From Hormiphora californensis (Eukaryota; Animalia; Ctenophora): a stretch of 64,000 nt of DNA. The number at the start of each line of letters is the position of its first letter. Positions within the stretch are counted from its first letter, which is position 1. Location of the stretch: contig CM035356.1 of NCBI GenBank assembly GCA_020137815.1, positions 5,146,001-5,210,000 of the forward strand, written 5' to 3'. The notes below the pieces were generated by a model. That model ran no database searches. It was not told the origin of the DNA and saw only the letters and a program-made list of their open reading frames with translations. Positions 9,827 through 22,113 of the stretch are shown here, piece after piece. The translations under genes and the position numbers were made by a program.

Positions 9827-12800
9827 ATGTCTGATGGTGAAGAGAGCGAGTATGAGCTTAACACGTTGTGTGAGAAGATAACCGCAGTGTTAACTGAGCA
9901 AGAATGGTACAGCAAAAACAGATCTGTCAGTAAGGTAACTACTTCTTTGGTTAAACTTATTGCACCAGGTCCCACTACTAGTAGTGAGTGTTAACTGTTA
10001 GATAGAAGACAAATATTAGAGTGATTGAAATTAAAATTCTGGGAGAAAAGAAGGCCAACATATACCCTCGCTTTTTATTGGGTCACGCGGTAGATAGAAG
10101 AAAAACACAAACCAATATTTTCAGGCATTTTCCTCAATAATAAAGAAGGTCAAGGTGAACCAATATCTCTCATTTGATCTATTCTCTCTGATGTAAAGAG
10201 CATCTTCACCGTTCTGCGACAAGATGCAAACCACTCTACAGCTCTTGATGTGTGTGAACAGGCGATAGCTAAGGAGTTACATTCCCTCATAAAGATGGAC
10301 TACTTTGCAGCAGGGGCTGAGAGTGATACCTCTGCCAACTCGTCAGTTCCAGTAGTGCCAGTAGAGGAGAAGAAGGTTGAAAAGGTAAAACAGATAATTT
10401 AGGTTAATAATAATGAAGCAATATATAATCTCCTCTCACCAATTCTAACAAGTGTAGCATATATTAATAATTAATAATTAACCAAATTAATAATTAATAA
10501 TATCTTGTTCACAGGAAACTCCATCACCCACTAAGTCCAGGAAAAAGCGTTCCTCAGCCGTGGCGGGGAAGACAGGGAAGGCAGAGACAGGAAAAGTAGA
10601 GTCACCCAATGCCAAGACACCTGTTAAGCAGAGTCCTGCTAAGGAGAAAATTAAAATCTCACTGAAGCCAGCAGTGCAGAAGGAATCAGCCGCTTTTGAT
10701 TTCGATCAGACATCCACTAGGTAACTTGTTATGTTCTAACCCTCCTCCACGTTGTGTGTGCGGGGCGTGGTGAATCAGGGTCGAGCAAGACAGCTAGGTA
10801 ACACATGTCTTCTACCTAGAATTGGATATTGTCGTGAATTAGATGAGTTCTATCTTTCCAAGAAACCGTGTGAATTGTGAAATTCTCTGCATTCAGAGTC
10901 AGGCGACTCAACAAACTCCCTCTGAATTCAGACACAACAACCTCCCCCGGCCACTCACTTCCCCTCTGATTTCAGGGTTCAGCAGATTTGTACGAACTTT
11001 GTTAAGAAGATAAGAGGGAAACCATCAGTTGCTGTTATCTTTAGTAAACTCCCTACAAAGGCAGATCTACCTGATTACTATGAGGTAATTGATGTGCTTT
11101 ACACAAACCCCCCTCAGGGCCATGACACAAACCCCCCTCAGGGCCGTGACACAAACCCCCCTCAGGGTCATGACACAAACCCCCCTCAGGGTCATGACAC
11201 AAACCCCCCTCAGGGCCGTGACACAAACCCCCCTCAGGGCCGTGACACAAACCCCCCTCAGGGTCATGACACAAACCCCCCTCAGGGCCGTGACACAAAC
11301 CCCCTCAGGGCCGTGACACAAACCCCCCTCAGGGCCATGACACAAACCCCCTCAGGGCCGTGACACAAACCCCCTCAGGGCCGTGACACAAACCCCCCTC
11401 AGGGTCATGACACAAACCCCCCTCAGGGCCATGACACAAACCCCCTCAGGGCCGTGACACAAACCCCCTCAGGGCCGTGACACAAACCCCCCTCAGGGCC
11501 GTGACACAAACCCCCCTCAGGGCCGTGACACAAACCCCCTCAGGGCCGTGACACAAACCCCCCTCAGGGCCGTGACACAAACCCCCCTCAGGGTCATGAC
11601 ACAAACCCCCTCAGGGCCGTGACACAAACCCCCTCAGGGCCGTGACACAAACCCCCCTCAGGGCCGTGACACAAACCCCCTCAGGGCCGTGACACAAACC
11701 CCCCTCAGGGTCATGACACAAACCCCCCTCAGGGCCATGACACAAACCCCCTCAGGGCCGTGACACAAACCCCCTCAGGGCCGTGACACAAACCCCCCTC
11801 AGGGTCCGTGACACAAACCCCCCTCAGGGCCGTGACACAAACCCCCCTCAGGGCCGTGACACAAACCCCCCTCAGGGCCGTGACACAAACCCCCCTCAGG
11901 GTCATGACACAAACCCCCTCAGGGTCCGTGACACAAACCCCCCTCAGGGCCGTGACACAAACCCCCCTCAGGGCCGTGACACAAACCCCCTCAGGGCCGT
12001 GACACAAACCCCCCTCAGGGCCGTGACACAAACCCCCCTCAGGGTCATGACACAAACCCCCCTCAGGGTCATGACACAAACCCCCCTCAGGGCCGTGACA
12101 CAAACCCCCCTCAGGGTCGTGACACAAACCCCCCTCAGGGTCGTGACACAAACCCCCCTCAGGGCCGTGACACAAACCCCCCTCAGGGTCATGACACAAA
12201 CCCCCCTCAGGGTCATGACACAAACCCCCCTCAGGGTCATGACACAAACCCCCCTCAGGGTCATGACACAAACCCCCCTCAGGGTCATGACACAAACCCC
12301 CCTCAGGGCCGTGACACAAACCCCCCTCAGGGCCGTGACACAAACCCCCTCAGGGTCATGACACAAACCCCCCTCAGGGCCGTGACACAAACCCCCCTCA
12401 GGGTCATGACACAAACCCCCTCAGGGTCATGACACAAACCCCCTCAGGGCCGTGACACAAACCCCCTCAGGGCCGTGACACAAACCCCCCTCAGGGCCGT
12501 GACACAAACCCCCCTCAGGGTCATGACACAAACCCCCTCAGGGCCGTGACACAAACCCCCCTCAGGGCCGTGACACAAACCCCCCTCAGGGCCATGACAC
12601 AAACCCCCCTCAGGGCCGTGACACAAACCCCCTCACGGTCATGACACAAACCCCCCTCAGGGCTAATGTAATCAATTACATGATACATCAGCCCTCACTG
12701 TTCTCATACTATACTCTTTCCTCCAGGCTGTCCAGATGCCTGTCTGCCTGGATGGTGTGAAGTGGATAATAGGACGGGGAGGATATACCTCCCTCTTCCA

Positions 12801-15800
12801 TTGTGCTAGTGACCTGATAATAATGGGAATGAATGCCAGCACTTATAACGAACCAGGCAGCGAATATAATCTTCTCGGTGAGTTGTGACCCTTTGTAACC
12901 CCTTTGTTAACCTTAACCCTTTGTAATTACATTTAGAGATTCTGTCCATGCTTCATATCATGCTTCTATCATAACTTCCTGATATATTATCTCTAACGCT
13001 ACCAGGCAAGAACACTGCAGCACACGCACACGAGGTACTAAAGACGGTCAAATCAGCGGACAAAGCATTGACAACTAAAATAATAGCAAACACGGAGTTA
13101 CTGGATTTCTCTGGAACACCGGGGGATGGTGATCCTGAGACTCCTTTTGTTGATCTGTGGGGGATCTTTAATCAGGTATAGTCACGATCTGTGGGGGATC
13201 TTTAATCAGGTATAATCATGATATGTGGGGGATCTTTAATCAGGTATAGTCACGATCTATGGGGGATCTTTAATCAGGTATAAACATGATATGTGGGGGA
13301 TCTTTAATCAGGTATAGACACGATATGTGGGGGTTGGTTACGAAGTCACCCCTATTATTGCATATAGGGGTGACAATACCGCCTACCTAAAAATGAAAAT
13401 TTACGGGACCTTCTCATAAAAAGTTATCGAAAACTTGTCTAAAACCTATCTAAAACGTATGGTACTAGTTTGTATAGTAACCAGGACCTGAATTCTACAG
13501 AAAGTAACGACCGGTAGCGATTACACCGCATGTTTAACAACAGAGGTGTGTCGCATAACTCCTTATATGGGCATAAAATTCCAATCTTGTGGAATTTTTT
13601 CTGACTCGACTATAGCTTAGTTATCAATGAATCCACCTCTAATACCTTTGGAATGGCATTTTGCACATTTCTGAAGGTTTTTGTAGCCAAATTCCAGCAT
13701 CTTCATAGTTTTCCAAAAACAAAAACAGTGTTAATGGCCAAAATATCGAAAAATTCCGGTATGTAATGGTAGCTCAGACAATTTCCTCGGTATGTTCAAA
13801 AAATTAGAACTTTCTGTTTTGTAGTTTGGACACAGGAATTTTTTTCCCGCCGTACAAGCGATATTATTACCCCTCCGTGAGCTAGCGCAGAGGGGGAATT
13901 TCATTACCAAATGTGGGGGATATTTAATCAGGTATCAGACCTTCGAAATGACTACCACACAAGGGAATTTTGCATCCTAAACCTGTTTTATTTGTTGTAT
14001 CTCCCAAACACCACATCCCACCCCCCTCCCACTCTCAGGTGTTACTACTTTTCCCCTCCCACTCTCAAGTCTCAGGTGTTACTACACCCTCCTCCCACTC
14101 TCAAGTCTCAGGTGTTACTACTTTTCCCCTCCCACTCTCAAGTCTCAGGTGTTACTACTTTTTCCCTCCCACTCTCAAGTCTCAGGTGTTACTACTTTTC
14201 CCCTCCCACTCTCAAGTCTCAGGTGTTACTACACCCTCCTCCCAGTCTCAAGTCTCAGGTGTTACTACTTTTCCCCTCCCACTCTCAATCAGGTGTTACT
14301 ACTTCCCCTCCCACTGTCAATCAGGTGTTGCTACTTCCCACTCTCCCAGGTGTTACTATAATAGTGGTGACCACCACATCCCCCACTCTCCCAGGTGTTG
14401 CTAGCGACCACTGCTAAAGGAAAGCCTGTAGCTACTACCTTTATGCGTCTACCTGATGAGAAGCGACTAGCTGACTACTACAAGAAAACCAAGACACCTC
14501 TCTCACTCTGCGGTAGGTGATCGTCAAAAATACCTCTCTCACTCTACGGTGAGATTTTGTTAGGAACTTGTAATGTAATGGTCAATGGAGCAAGGGAAAT
14601 GGTTAAAGTTGTAGTGTTGTTCACGTGAGTTTGATCAGACAAACTCAAGTCCAACCACATAACACTACAACCATGGACGGAACGGAAGTGGCCATCACCA
14701 ACCTAACCTGCTAATCTCTCTCCCTCTCAGGTATCCGTAGCAAGATCATATCCTCCATGTACAGCACAGTTGAAGAGTTGTTTGCAGATCTGGAACTGTT
14801 ATGTGATAACTCGACATCTTATTACAAGAAGACATCACCCTTCCATAAGGTATTTGGAGCCTACTGGGGGATTTAGTTTTAGTAATATTACGATTCATTC
14901 TCTCCCCATGCCATCTACTTTCACTATCTCTTCTCCACCTCTACTCCAATTCCTTCTTCCCAGGATGCAGTTTCGTTGAAAGAAGTCATAATTTCAATCG
15001 AGAAGAACTTCAAACCGGCCCCGAAACTTGAACCACCTCCCCCTAAGGTGGGGGAGAAAAGGAAGGCGGGGGCACGGGTACCCACACCCTCAGGGGGCGA
15101 GAAAGAAGGAAAGAAAAGCAAACAGACAGATGAGAATCGTGTAAAGAAAGCAGTACTAAAGGAATGGCACAATCTGCTAAGTTGTGGTGGAAATATCTCC
15201 GAGGCGATTATCCCAACTTATAACGAGTTCTTTACCGATGTCAACAGTTTCCCTGAGCTCCAAGCCGTCCTAGAATCCTCTGAAGACCGCCGGAACATTC
15301 TCCTAAAAGTGATTGCTGCTCTAAGCAGCAGGCTAGATGTAGCAGGTCCACTGAGCGATGTGGGGGGTGCACTTGTGAAGATAAACCCTGACACACAAAC
15401 ATTATTTGAGGCAGTACCACAATATACAGTGGGTGCGGAGTACTACATGGAGAGGACAGAGTTGTTATCAGTCTTCAAACACACCGCCTACTGCACCATT
15501 CTAACCACTAACACTAGTATTGAGAGGTTGGAGAGAGATGAAGGATTCATAGAGAGTATACCTGGTCCCGTGGTTCTGATGGCTGCTGAGAGTGTTCAGC
15601 AGTGTATTAGAGGTCCCATATTGGACAAACTAAAACTACCCAAATCATCCTCCAAAACTCCCAAAAAGGAAAGCATTAAAAAGGAGACCCCTAAAACTGT
15701 CCAGGCATCGACAACTGCTGTAATTCCCAAAGGAAGTGTGATAGACACAAAGCCCACCCCAAAATCAGCTACTCCTAAAACCCCAAAAGTTGCTACATCT

Positions 15801-18800
15801 GCTTCAAAGGGCGGAACTCCAAAGTCCAATTCGACACCAAAGAGAAAGCGAGTGAAAGCAGAAATCATGACAGAGGATATAAAATCTGATTCTGTAGTTA
15901 CCCCACCAGCTGCACTAGAAGATGCCAAGATCTTTCTAAAGAGGATCAGGAACATGAAAGATGAACAGGGTAGGCTGATGTTCATAGAGTTTTTTGGGAT
16001 CCCCCTGGAGTCAAGTTACCATCGTGTGATCAAGTATCCTATGAGCCTTGACGTGATAGAACAGCAGCTAGAGGAGGGGGTGATGAGGTGTATCGATGAC
16101 GTAATCAGTGCTCTGCTGTTGATCATTGAGAATGCCCGGGAGTATAATGAGGAGGGATCCCCTCTGTATAAGAAGGCTTTGAAACTGCAGAAGGAGTTGT
16201 TATGTGCCGCACCACAGGAGACTGTTGAACCAATGGTTCATACACACAGGTAGGGAATGGGTATTATGATTATAGGTAGGGTATTATGATTATAGGTAGG
16301 GTATAAGGGGAAACTCTAACTGAATGGCATCCCATTAATGGGATGCCATTCAGTTAGAGTTTCCCCTAACACAAGGAGGGGTTTAGAAGGGCCTTAGATT
16401 TGGATAGGGTATCGGAAGCTCACTAATTGCAACCCCTTCTCTCACTAATCAACCCCTTCTCTCAATAATGATAATAATCAGCCCCTTCTCAGGATTCTGC
16501 TGGGTATAACACGGGAACTTAACCAAAGTGGATTCCAGGAGACCATGGATGGGAATAATCTTGCTAAATACCGGTTAGTGGTATTCTATTTTTGATTAGT
16601 AATCTTGCTAAATACCGGTTAGTGGTATTCTAGTGTTGATTAGTAATCTTGCTAAATACCGGTTAGTGGTATTCTATTGTTGATTAGTAATGACAGTCAG
16701 CTTGAACAAAGAAGGATCTATTCCCATAGAATCTAGTTGAATATCAGTTGACTGAACTTCCATAAGTTACTTCACAACTTCAAATCTAACTTCCACACTC
16801 CACACTTCCAGAGAGTTCATAGAGAATGTAGAGTGTGGGTATTACTGGAGGTTGGATCAGTTCCAGGATGATCTAATGTACATCTTCTTCTCTGTACTAT
16901 CTGTTAGTCAGTTCTCAGAAAACTACAGCAAAATACTGGAACATGTGAGTGGTGTGACTTGGACCGCTTCTTTTTTTCTAAAACAGTATTTTGACACTAT
17001 AAACAACGATACATAGTTGAACTAAATGAATTGACGGCGTTCTGTCAAATTCCTACCTCTCTATTACAGATGAAGACGTTTATGAGTCTGCGGGTAAAGT
17101 TTGGAACGATAAGAAGTACAGCATATGAGTTAACCAGCAAAATCATCAACACATACTACTCCGAAAAGTAATTATCTCCAAATAACTTTCCCCGATTTTT
17201 CAGCAAATATGATATTGGTTCCAAATTTAACCCCCCCCCCCTTCCCAATAGGGTTCAATTCAACCTGACTGGCAGTCTCACAACAACCCAACTAATCCTG
17301 CCATCCGGTGAAGTGTGTGCTACTGGAGACAAATGGCTTGTCAGCTTCACAATCAAGGATTCAATGGTTTTACTAATTGATGTTATAGCCCAGCCTCACT
17401 GGGTCTCCGGTCGAATATATCTCATCCCCTCGTCCAAGGAGAAGATACCTTACTTGTATGGAATTGGAATGAGCGATGTCGTTCATGTGAAATATTTGAA
17501 GCAGAAATTGGAGGCGAAGTATAAGGTTGTGAATTGCGGGAAGACTTCAACCTACCCTAAACCTCCTAGACCCTCTCTTTATCAATACATGCGACTAGCA
17601 AGGTAAGTTACCTTAGGTAACTACATATTTTATAGGCAGGGCCGGGTTAATGTTCCTATTTCTTTCTTGAGTTAAACAGGCGAGTTCCTCCAATAGGGGA
17701 CAAAGAGAGAGGGTCGAACAGGACAACCCGTCCTCCAATACCAGTGTTCGGGTGTGTCTAGGTAATAGAGAATTCAGAACGCTACATAACGTAGCGCGCG
17801 GGTATTCGTTTGCTGAATGGTGCGCGCGAGAAGGCGCCAATATTCTGTTCTCCCCCCGGCCGAACACACAGATGTACAGTTCTGAACATCCATTTCCATC
17901 ACTTCACTGCCAGTGCCAATGTATACTGGTTCACAGGACCAAAATATTAATATGAAGAATAAAGATCTCCGACAATGGTTTCCGCATACGGGGGAATGGT
18001 GACCCGCTCAGACCCACGCTTGCCTTGCTCGACCCTGTCTCACCGCGCCCCGCACGGCCGCACATATTATGTTAATAAGGAGGGTAGTTAGAACATGAGT
18101 GTGTTTTATCATGGTAGAGGATGTCTTGTTCAACCCTCTCTCGCCTAATTTTGTAAGCATGGCTATCTCTCTATCCATGTGAGGTGTCTGGTGAGTGGTG
18201 CCAGCTCAGAACTCAGAGTGCAGAGACACAATATGCCTGGAGAAATCTCTTAATTTCAAACCACCCTTTTTAACAGGTATTCCTCTGATTCAATGGTCCA
18301 GAGCAGTGACGACAAGAGTATGACAACCTATCTACAATACGAGAGGGACAACGGCGATGTCTTCAAGATTGGGGATTTTGTTTATCTAAAGTCGGAAAGT
18401 GAGCTTCCATTCATTGCTCGGATAGACTCAATTCAGAAGGTACGTCCCCATTCCCCAAATAGACTCAATTCAAAAGCAAAAGGTATAAAGTCATCCCCAC
18501 TCTCCAAACTACCGGTTTTATTGTACTCCCTTCAACCAATTTATTTCAGGACAAAAAGGGTGTTTGGGTCTATGGGCCATGGTTTATCAGACCCGCCGAA
18601 ACTAAATTCTTCGATACTCGACCTTTTTATCCCAATGAGGTTCTAATGAGTAACATCCAGGACCGGAACCATTTAAACAGGTCAGAAATATATATGAGCT
18701 ACAAAATATAATAGTGGTGATTGCGCTTTTTAGAAAATGGAGAACCCCGTGAGATTTTTACCCCTACTTTATCTGGTTTTATTCATTCTTGTCCCTCTCT

Positions 18801-19270
18801 CCTAACTCTCTCTCCCCTTCTCCAGTCTCTAATACTACCCCCTCTCTCTCCAGTCTCTAACTCTCTCTCCCCTTCTCCACCTCTCTTATACTACCTCTAC
18901 CTCTAATACTACCTCTCTAATACTACCTCCCCCATCTCCAGTGTGGAGGGTCGTTGTGAAGTGCTCACTCCCAAGGACTACACAACAAAAGCACCTCTTG
19001 GGTTCCTATCTAAGGACATCTATGTGTGTGAACATAAATACGACGAAGGAGAGCATCGCTTCTCAAAGTTGTTCGAGAAAAATCTTTACACGCGGGTAAC
19101 CTAAGATTATATTTAATTCAATTAATTAATCTAATCAATTAATTTATTAGTTTCTTGTAGTAGCTGGTTTATTTATTGTAACGACTGGTTCATTCATGTA
19201 ATGTTTCATGTTCATTGTTCAGCCTGAGAAAAGGATTGCAGCAGTTGAGGATCAAATAGAACCATTGAAT
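9827..19270 (+). CDS. PBRM1: Polybromo-1-like (several bromodomains + BAH domains), ~17 exons, 3' end lost in low-quality sequence
   Basis: Approximate exons 9827-9934, 10125-10384, 10515-10720, 10976-11084, 12727-12877, 13006-13174, 14395-14512, 14731-14848, 14963-16249, 16493-16573, 16812-16944, 17070-17168, 17252-17602, 18277-18439, 18550-18679, 18942-19095, 19223-. Bromodomain motifs FSKLPTKADLPDYYE, FMRLPDEKRLADYYK, YHRVIKYPMSL..NAREYNEEGS, YWRLDQFQDD. BAH motif FKIGDFVYL..PFIARI. One apparent frameshift near 10185. Confidence 0.85.
11100..12662. repeat. Intronic minisatellite, 23-24 bp unit (gacacaaacccccctcaggg[cc/tc][g/a]t)
   Basis: About 65 tandem copies filling one PBRM1 intron. 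Confidence 0.97.
13152..13333 (+). repeat. Tandem copies of an exon end plus 5' splice site
   Basis: gat(c/a)tgtgggggatctttaatcag|gtata..., ~34 bp, x5. A further copy follows the insertion at 13911. Confidence 0.9.
13334..13910. mobile_element. Non-autonomous DNA element with 9-bp TSD
   Basis: TSD atgtggggg at 13325-13333 and 13911-13919. Imperfect ~20-bp TIR (ttggttacgaagtcacccct vs ttggtaatgaaattccccct). Confidence 0.65.
14024..14402 (+). repeat. Tandem copies of a 3' splice site plus exon start
   Basis: cctcccactctcaagtctcag|gtgttacta units end at the real acceptor ctctcccag|gtgttgcta (14395). Confidence 0.9.
16307..16366. mobile_element. 60-bp perfect palindrome with TAA TSD (PIF/Harbinger-like miniature)
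   Basis: ggggaaactctaactgaatggcatcccatt|aatgggatgccattcagttagagtttcccc flanked by taa on both sides. Confidence 0.7.
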
Positions 19271-19995
19271 GGTGGGGGGGGAAACCCCGGGGGGGGGCCC
19301 CAAAAGGAGGGGAAAAAGGAAGGGGAAGGGGAAAAAAAAATTTTTTTTTGGGGGGGGGAGGTTTTTTTAAAAAAAAGGGGGAGGGGGGGGGGGGGGGGAT
19401 ATTTTTAATTCGGGGGGGGGGGGGGAAAAAACCCCAAGGTTTTGTAATGGGGAAGGGTTTTTTTTGGGGGGAAGTTGGGGGGGAAAAAAAAAACCCCCGG
19501 GGTTGAACCCAAAAAAAAATTCCGTTACCCCGGGGGCCTTATTAAAGAAAGAGGGGGGGCCCTTGGGGGGGGGGGGGGGGGCCCTAATGGGTTGGTGATT
19601 GGGGTTTTTTGGAAAAAAGGGGGAAAAGGGGGGGGGGGAGTTTTTGGGGGGGTAAAAAAAAAAAAGGGGGGGGGGTAAAAAAAAAAAAAAAAATTTTTTT
19701 TAAAAAAAAAAAAACCCCCCCAAAACCCCCCCCAAACCCACCCCCCAAAAAGAAAAAGGGGGGTTTTCCGGTTTAAAATTTTCCCCCCAAAAAATTTAAA
19801 AAACCCCCCCCTTTTTTTTTTTTTTAAATTTTACAATCTTCCCCAAAAAACAAACTTCCTCCCCCTCCCCCCTCCTCTCCCCCTTCCCCCCCTTTTTCTC
19901 TCTTTTCTTCTCCTCCTCCTTTTTTTTAATTTTTTCTTCCCCCCTCCCAACCCAAAATCCAAACCAAAATAAATTTCCCCTTTTTTTCCAACAAG

Positions 19996-20053
<58 letters not shown>

Positions 20054-20340
20054 TTTAACCCCAATTAAATTTAAATTTTAAACTCCATTTTTAAAACCCA
20101 TCCCCCCCCCTCCCCCCACTTTTAAAACATATATTTTGGGACCTAACAACAAAACCCTTTTATACACACGGGGGGAATAAAATACCCCCTAAAAAAAAAT
20201 TTTTTTTTGAAAAAACTCATTTTTTCCCTAAGACCAGGTTTTTTAATTTTAAAAGGTTCGGGAAATTAAAAAACTTTTTAACCCTTAATAACTTGAAAAA
20301 GATTTAATTTTAATACAAAAAACCATTTTAATTTAAAGCC
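19270..20340. other. Low-quality homopolymer-rich consensus (assembly artefact)
   Basis: Abrupt switch within an exon to runs of G/A/T/C with no coding structure. Confidence 0.85.
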
Positions 20341-20955
20341 CAAAATATCCCGAGTTATTATCTTTTCCACCGAGATACACTAAGAAGTAGAAGTGATACT
20401 GATACAGCCGGGCCTCAGGAACAGTGAGGGGTCAGGTTAAATGAATAATGGATAAGTGCAAGAAGGGAGAGAATAGGAATTCCATTGAATTTGGTATGAA
20501 GTGGACTGGGAGGGTGTGGAATGGGTTTGTTTATACAGCAGCCATCCCGAACCAATTAGGCCCTGGAATCCAGAAATATCACCTACACTGGGACCCAGGG
20601 GAGGAAACTGGGGGGGGGGGGGTGTTCACCGGTAGGGGTGGACTGGGGACTGGGAGGGGGTTGTTAACCGGTAGGGGTGGACTGGTGACTGGGGACTGGA
20701 CTGGGAGGGGGGTTGTTCACCGGTAGGGGTGGACTGGGGACGGGAGGGTTGTTAACCGGTAGCCACCACCATCCTTTCCATGGACAAATTAAAAACAAAC
20801 TGTTTTTTACAAAGTTTCTCTCTTCAGGTATCATTAAAAATGTACAAGCTCTCATGATGTAGCATTATATGTAAAATGTTCATTATTACGACAAGCAAAT
20901 AAAAATAGCGAGGTGCAAAAGTGTCCCATCCCAGTGTGAAGAATAGGGGTCATCT

Positions 20956-21196
20956 TTACTCTGCTGTAGCAGCCTCTTTCTCGGCGGCGATATCCTCCGG
21001 AGAGGGCAACACGCTCTTTTCCACGGTCTCGACCTAGCGGGGAGGGGAGGGTTAGGTTAGTTTAACTGTAAATTAAATACCAGAATACTAGAATGAGATA
21101 AACAAGGATATCCTTAAAAAGAAACTGTTTTCTTACCTTTTTCAACTTGGTGGCATCGAAGGAGTTGATTTCAGAGAGATCGGATTTGTCGGCCAT
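20956..21196 (-). CDS. TMSB: Beta-thymosin (45 aa, single WH2 repeat)
   Basis: Exon 21196-21137 MADKSDLSEINSFDATKLKK and exon 21033-20956 VETVEKSVLPSPEDIAAEKEAATAE*. LKKVET actin-binding motif; GT-AG intron. Confidence 0.95.
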
Positions 21197-22113
21197 GGTA
21201 AAAGAGGAGAACTTGCTAAAAAAGGGGAGGTGTGTTGAAAATATTTTAAAAGAGCACACAAAGAATTGGAAACAAAGGGAGTAGTAGCCTATCCGGGGAC
21301 AGCACAATTAAAATTGCTAAAAGAGAGTTTAAGTGATAGCGAGGGAAAGAGAGAGAGAGAGATAATTAGAGAAAGGAGTTTAGATACGGCGGTCATCTGA
21401 CCGGATCACTTGACTGAAGGTTTCAGTCATTTGGCCGTTGAGGGAGAGAGCACGTAAGTGAGGGGATTGGGTAAGAAGTGAGGTTGGCCCCGACGTCTTG
21501 CTAGGAAATTATATCGCTCGCGTGAGCTGCTCGTCTGACGTTGCGTGATTGGTCATCCAACGCGACCTTCCTTTTGTCACTTGTTTTGAGCCGCGCTCAT
21601 GTCAAATATGCGCTGCAATTTAGCGCCGCGCACAATTCTTCGAAATAAGTAAATTATGAACTTCCACACACCAACAAACGTTTTTTCAAACTTTTTTACT
21701 TGGCGACTGGCGTTTCACGAGAAAAGCGCCGCACTGCCTTACGAGAGCGGAGACGGGACTGTAGCGTTTCACCTGTTATGCCCATTCCTTCATAGTTAAA
21801 ATTTTAAAGAGCTTTTGTTCATGTAAAAGGACTTCAGCTGCTGGCAGAGCTGGGATTCAAAATTATAACCACTCAGAACCACTTCTTAGTGATGCTTGTA
21901 CAGATACTACACATATCTGCCAGTTCTTCATTATGCCCTCCCTTGGAATCTTTTCCCTTTTCATGCTCAGTGTACCTTAGTCTCGCCAAAAGGACTACGA
22001 TGCTGCAATTCCGTAACTTATTTGCTAGATCTCTGTTGACATTTTCAAAAAGGTTCCCCTGAAGTAAACCCCAACATTTCCAATCAGCATGTCAGCATAA
22101 AATAGTTTGAAAC

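Noticed and set aside
10180-10195. Frameshifts in PBRM1 and the GPCR (~61945) as pseudogenisation or recoding
   Set aside because: Isolated indels in otherwise intact genes within a visibly error-prone assembly; most likely consensus errors.
11100-12662. Regular short repeats resembling a CRISPR array, and repetitive ORFs
   Set aside because: No unique spacers and no cas genes; it is a eukaryotic intronic minisatellite.
19208-20064. G/K/F-rich ORFs and a poly(A) run suggesting a retrocopy tail
   Set aside because: Homopolymer-inflated low-quality consensus.
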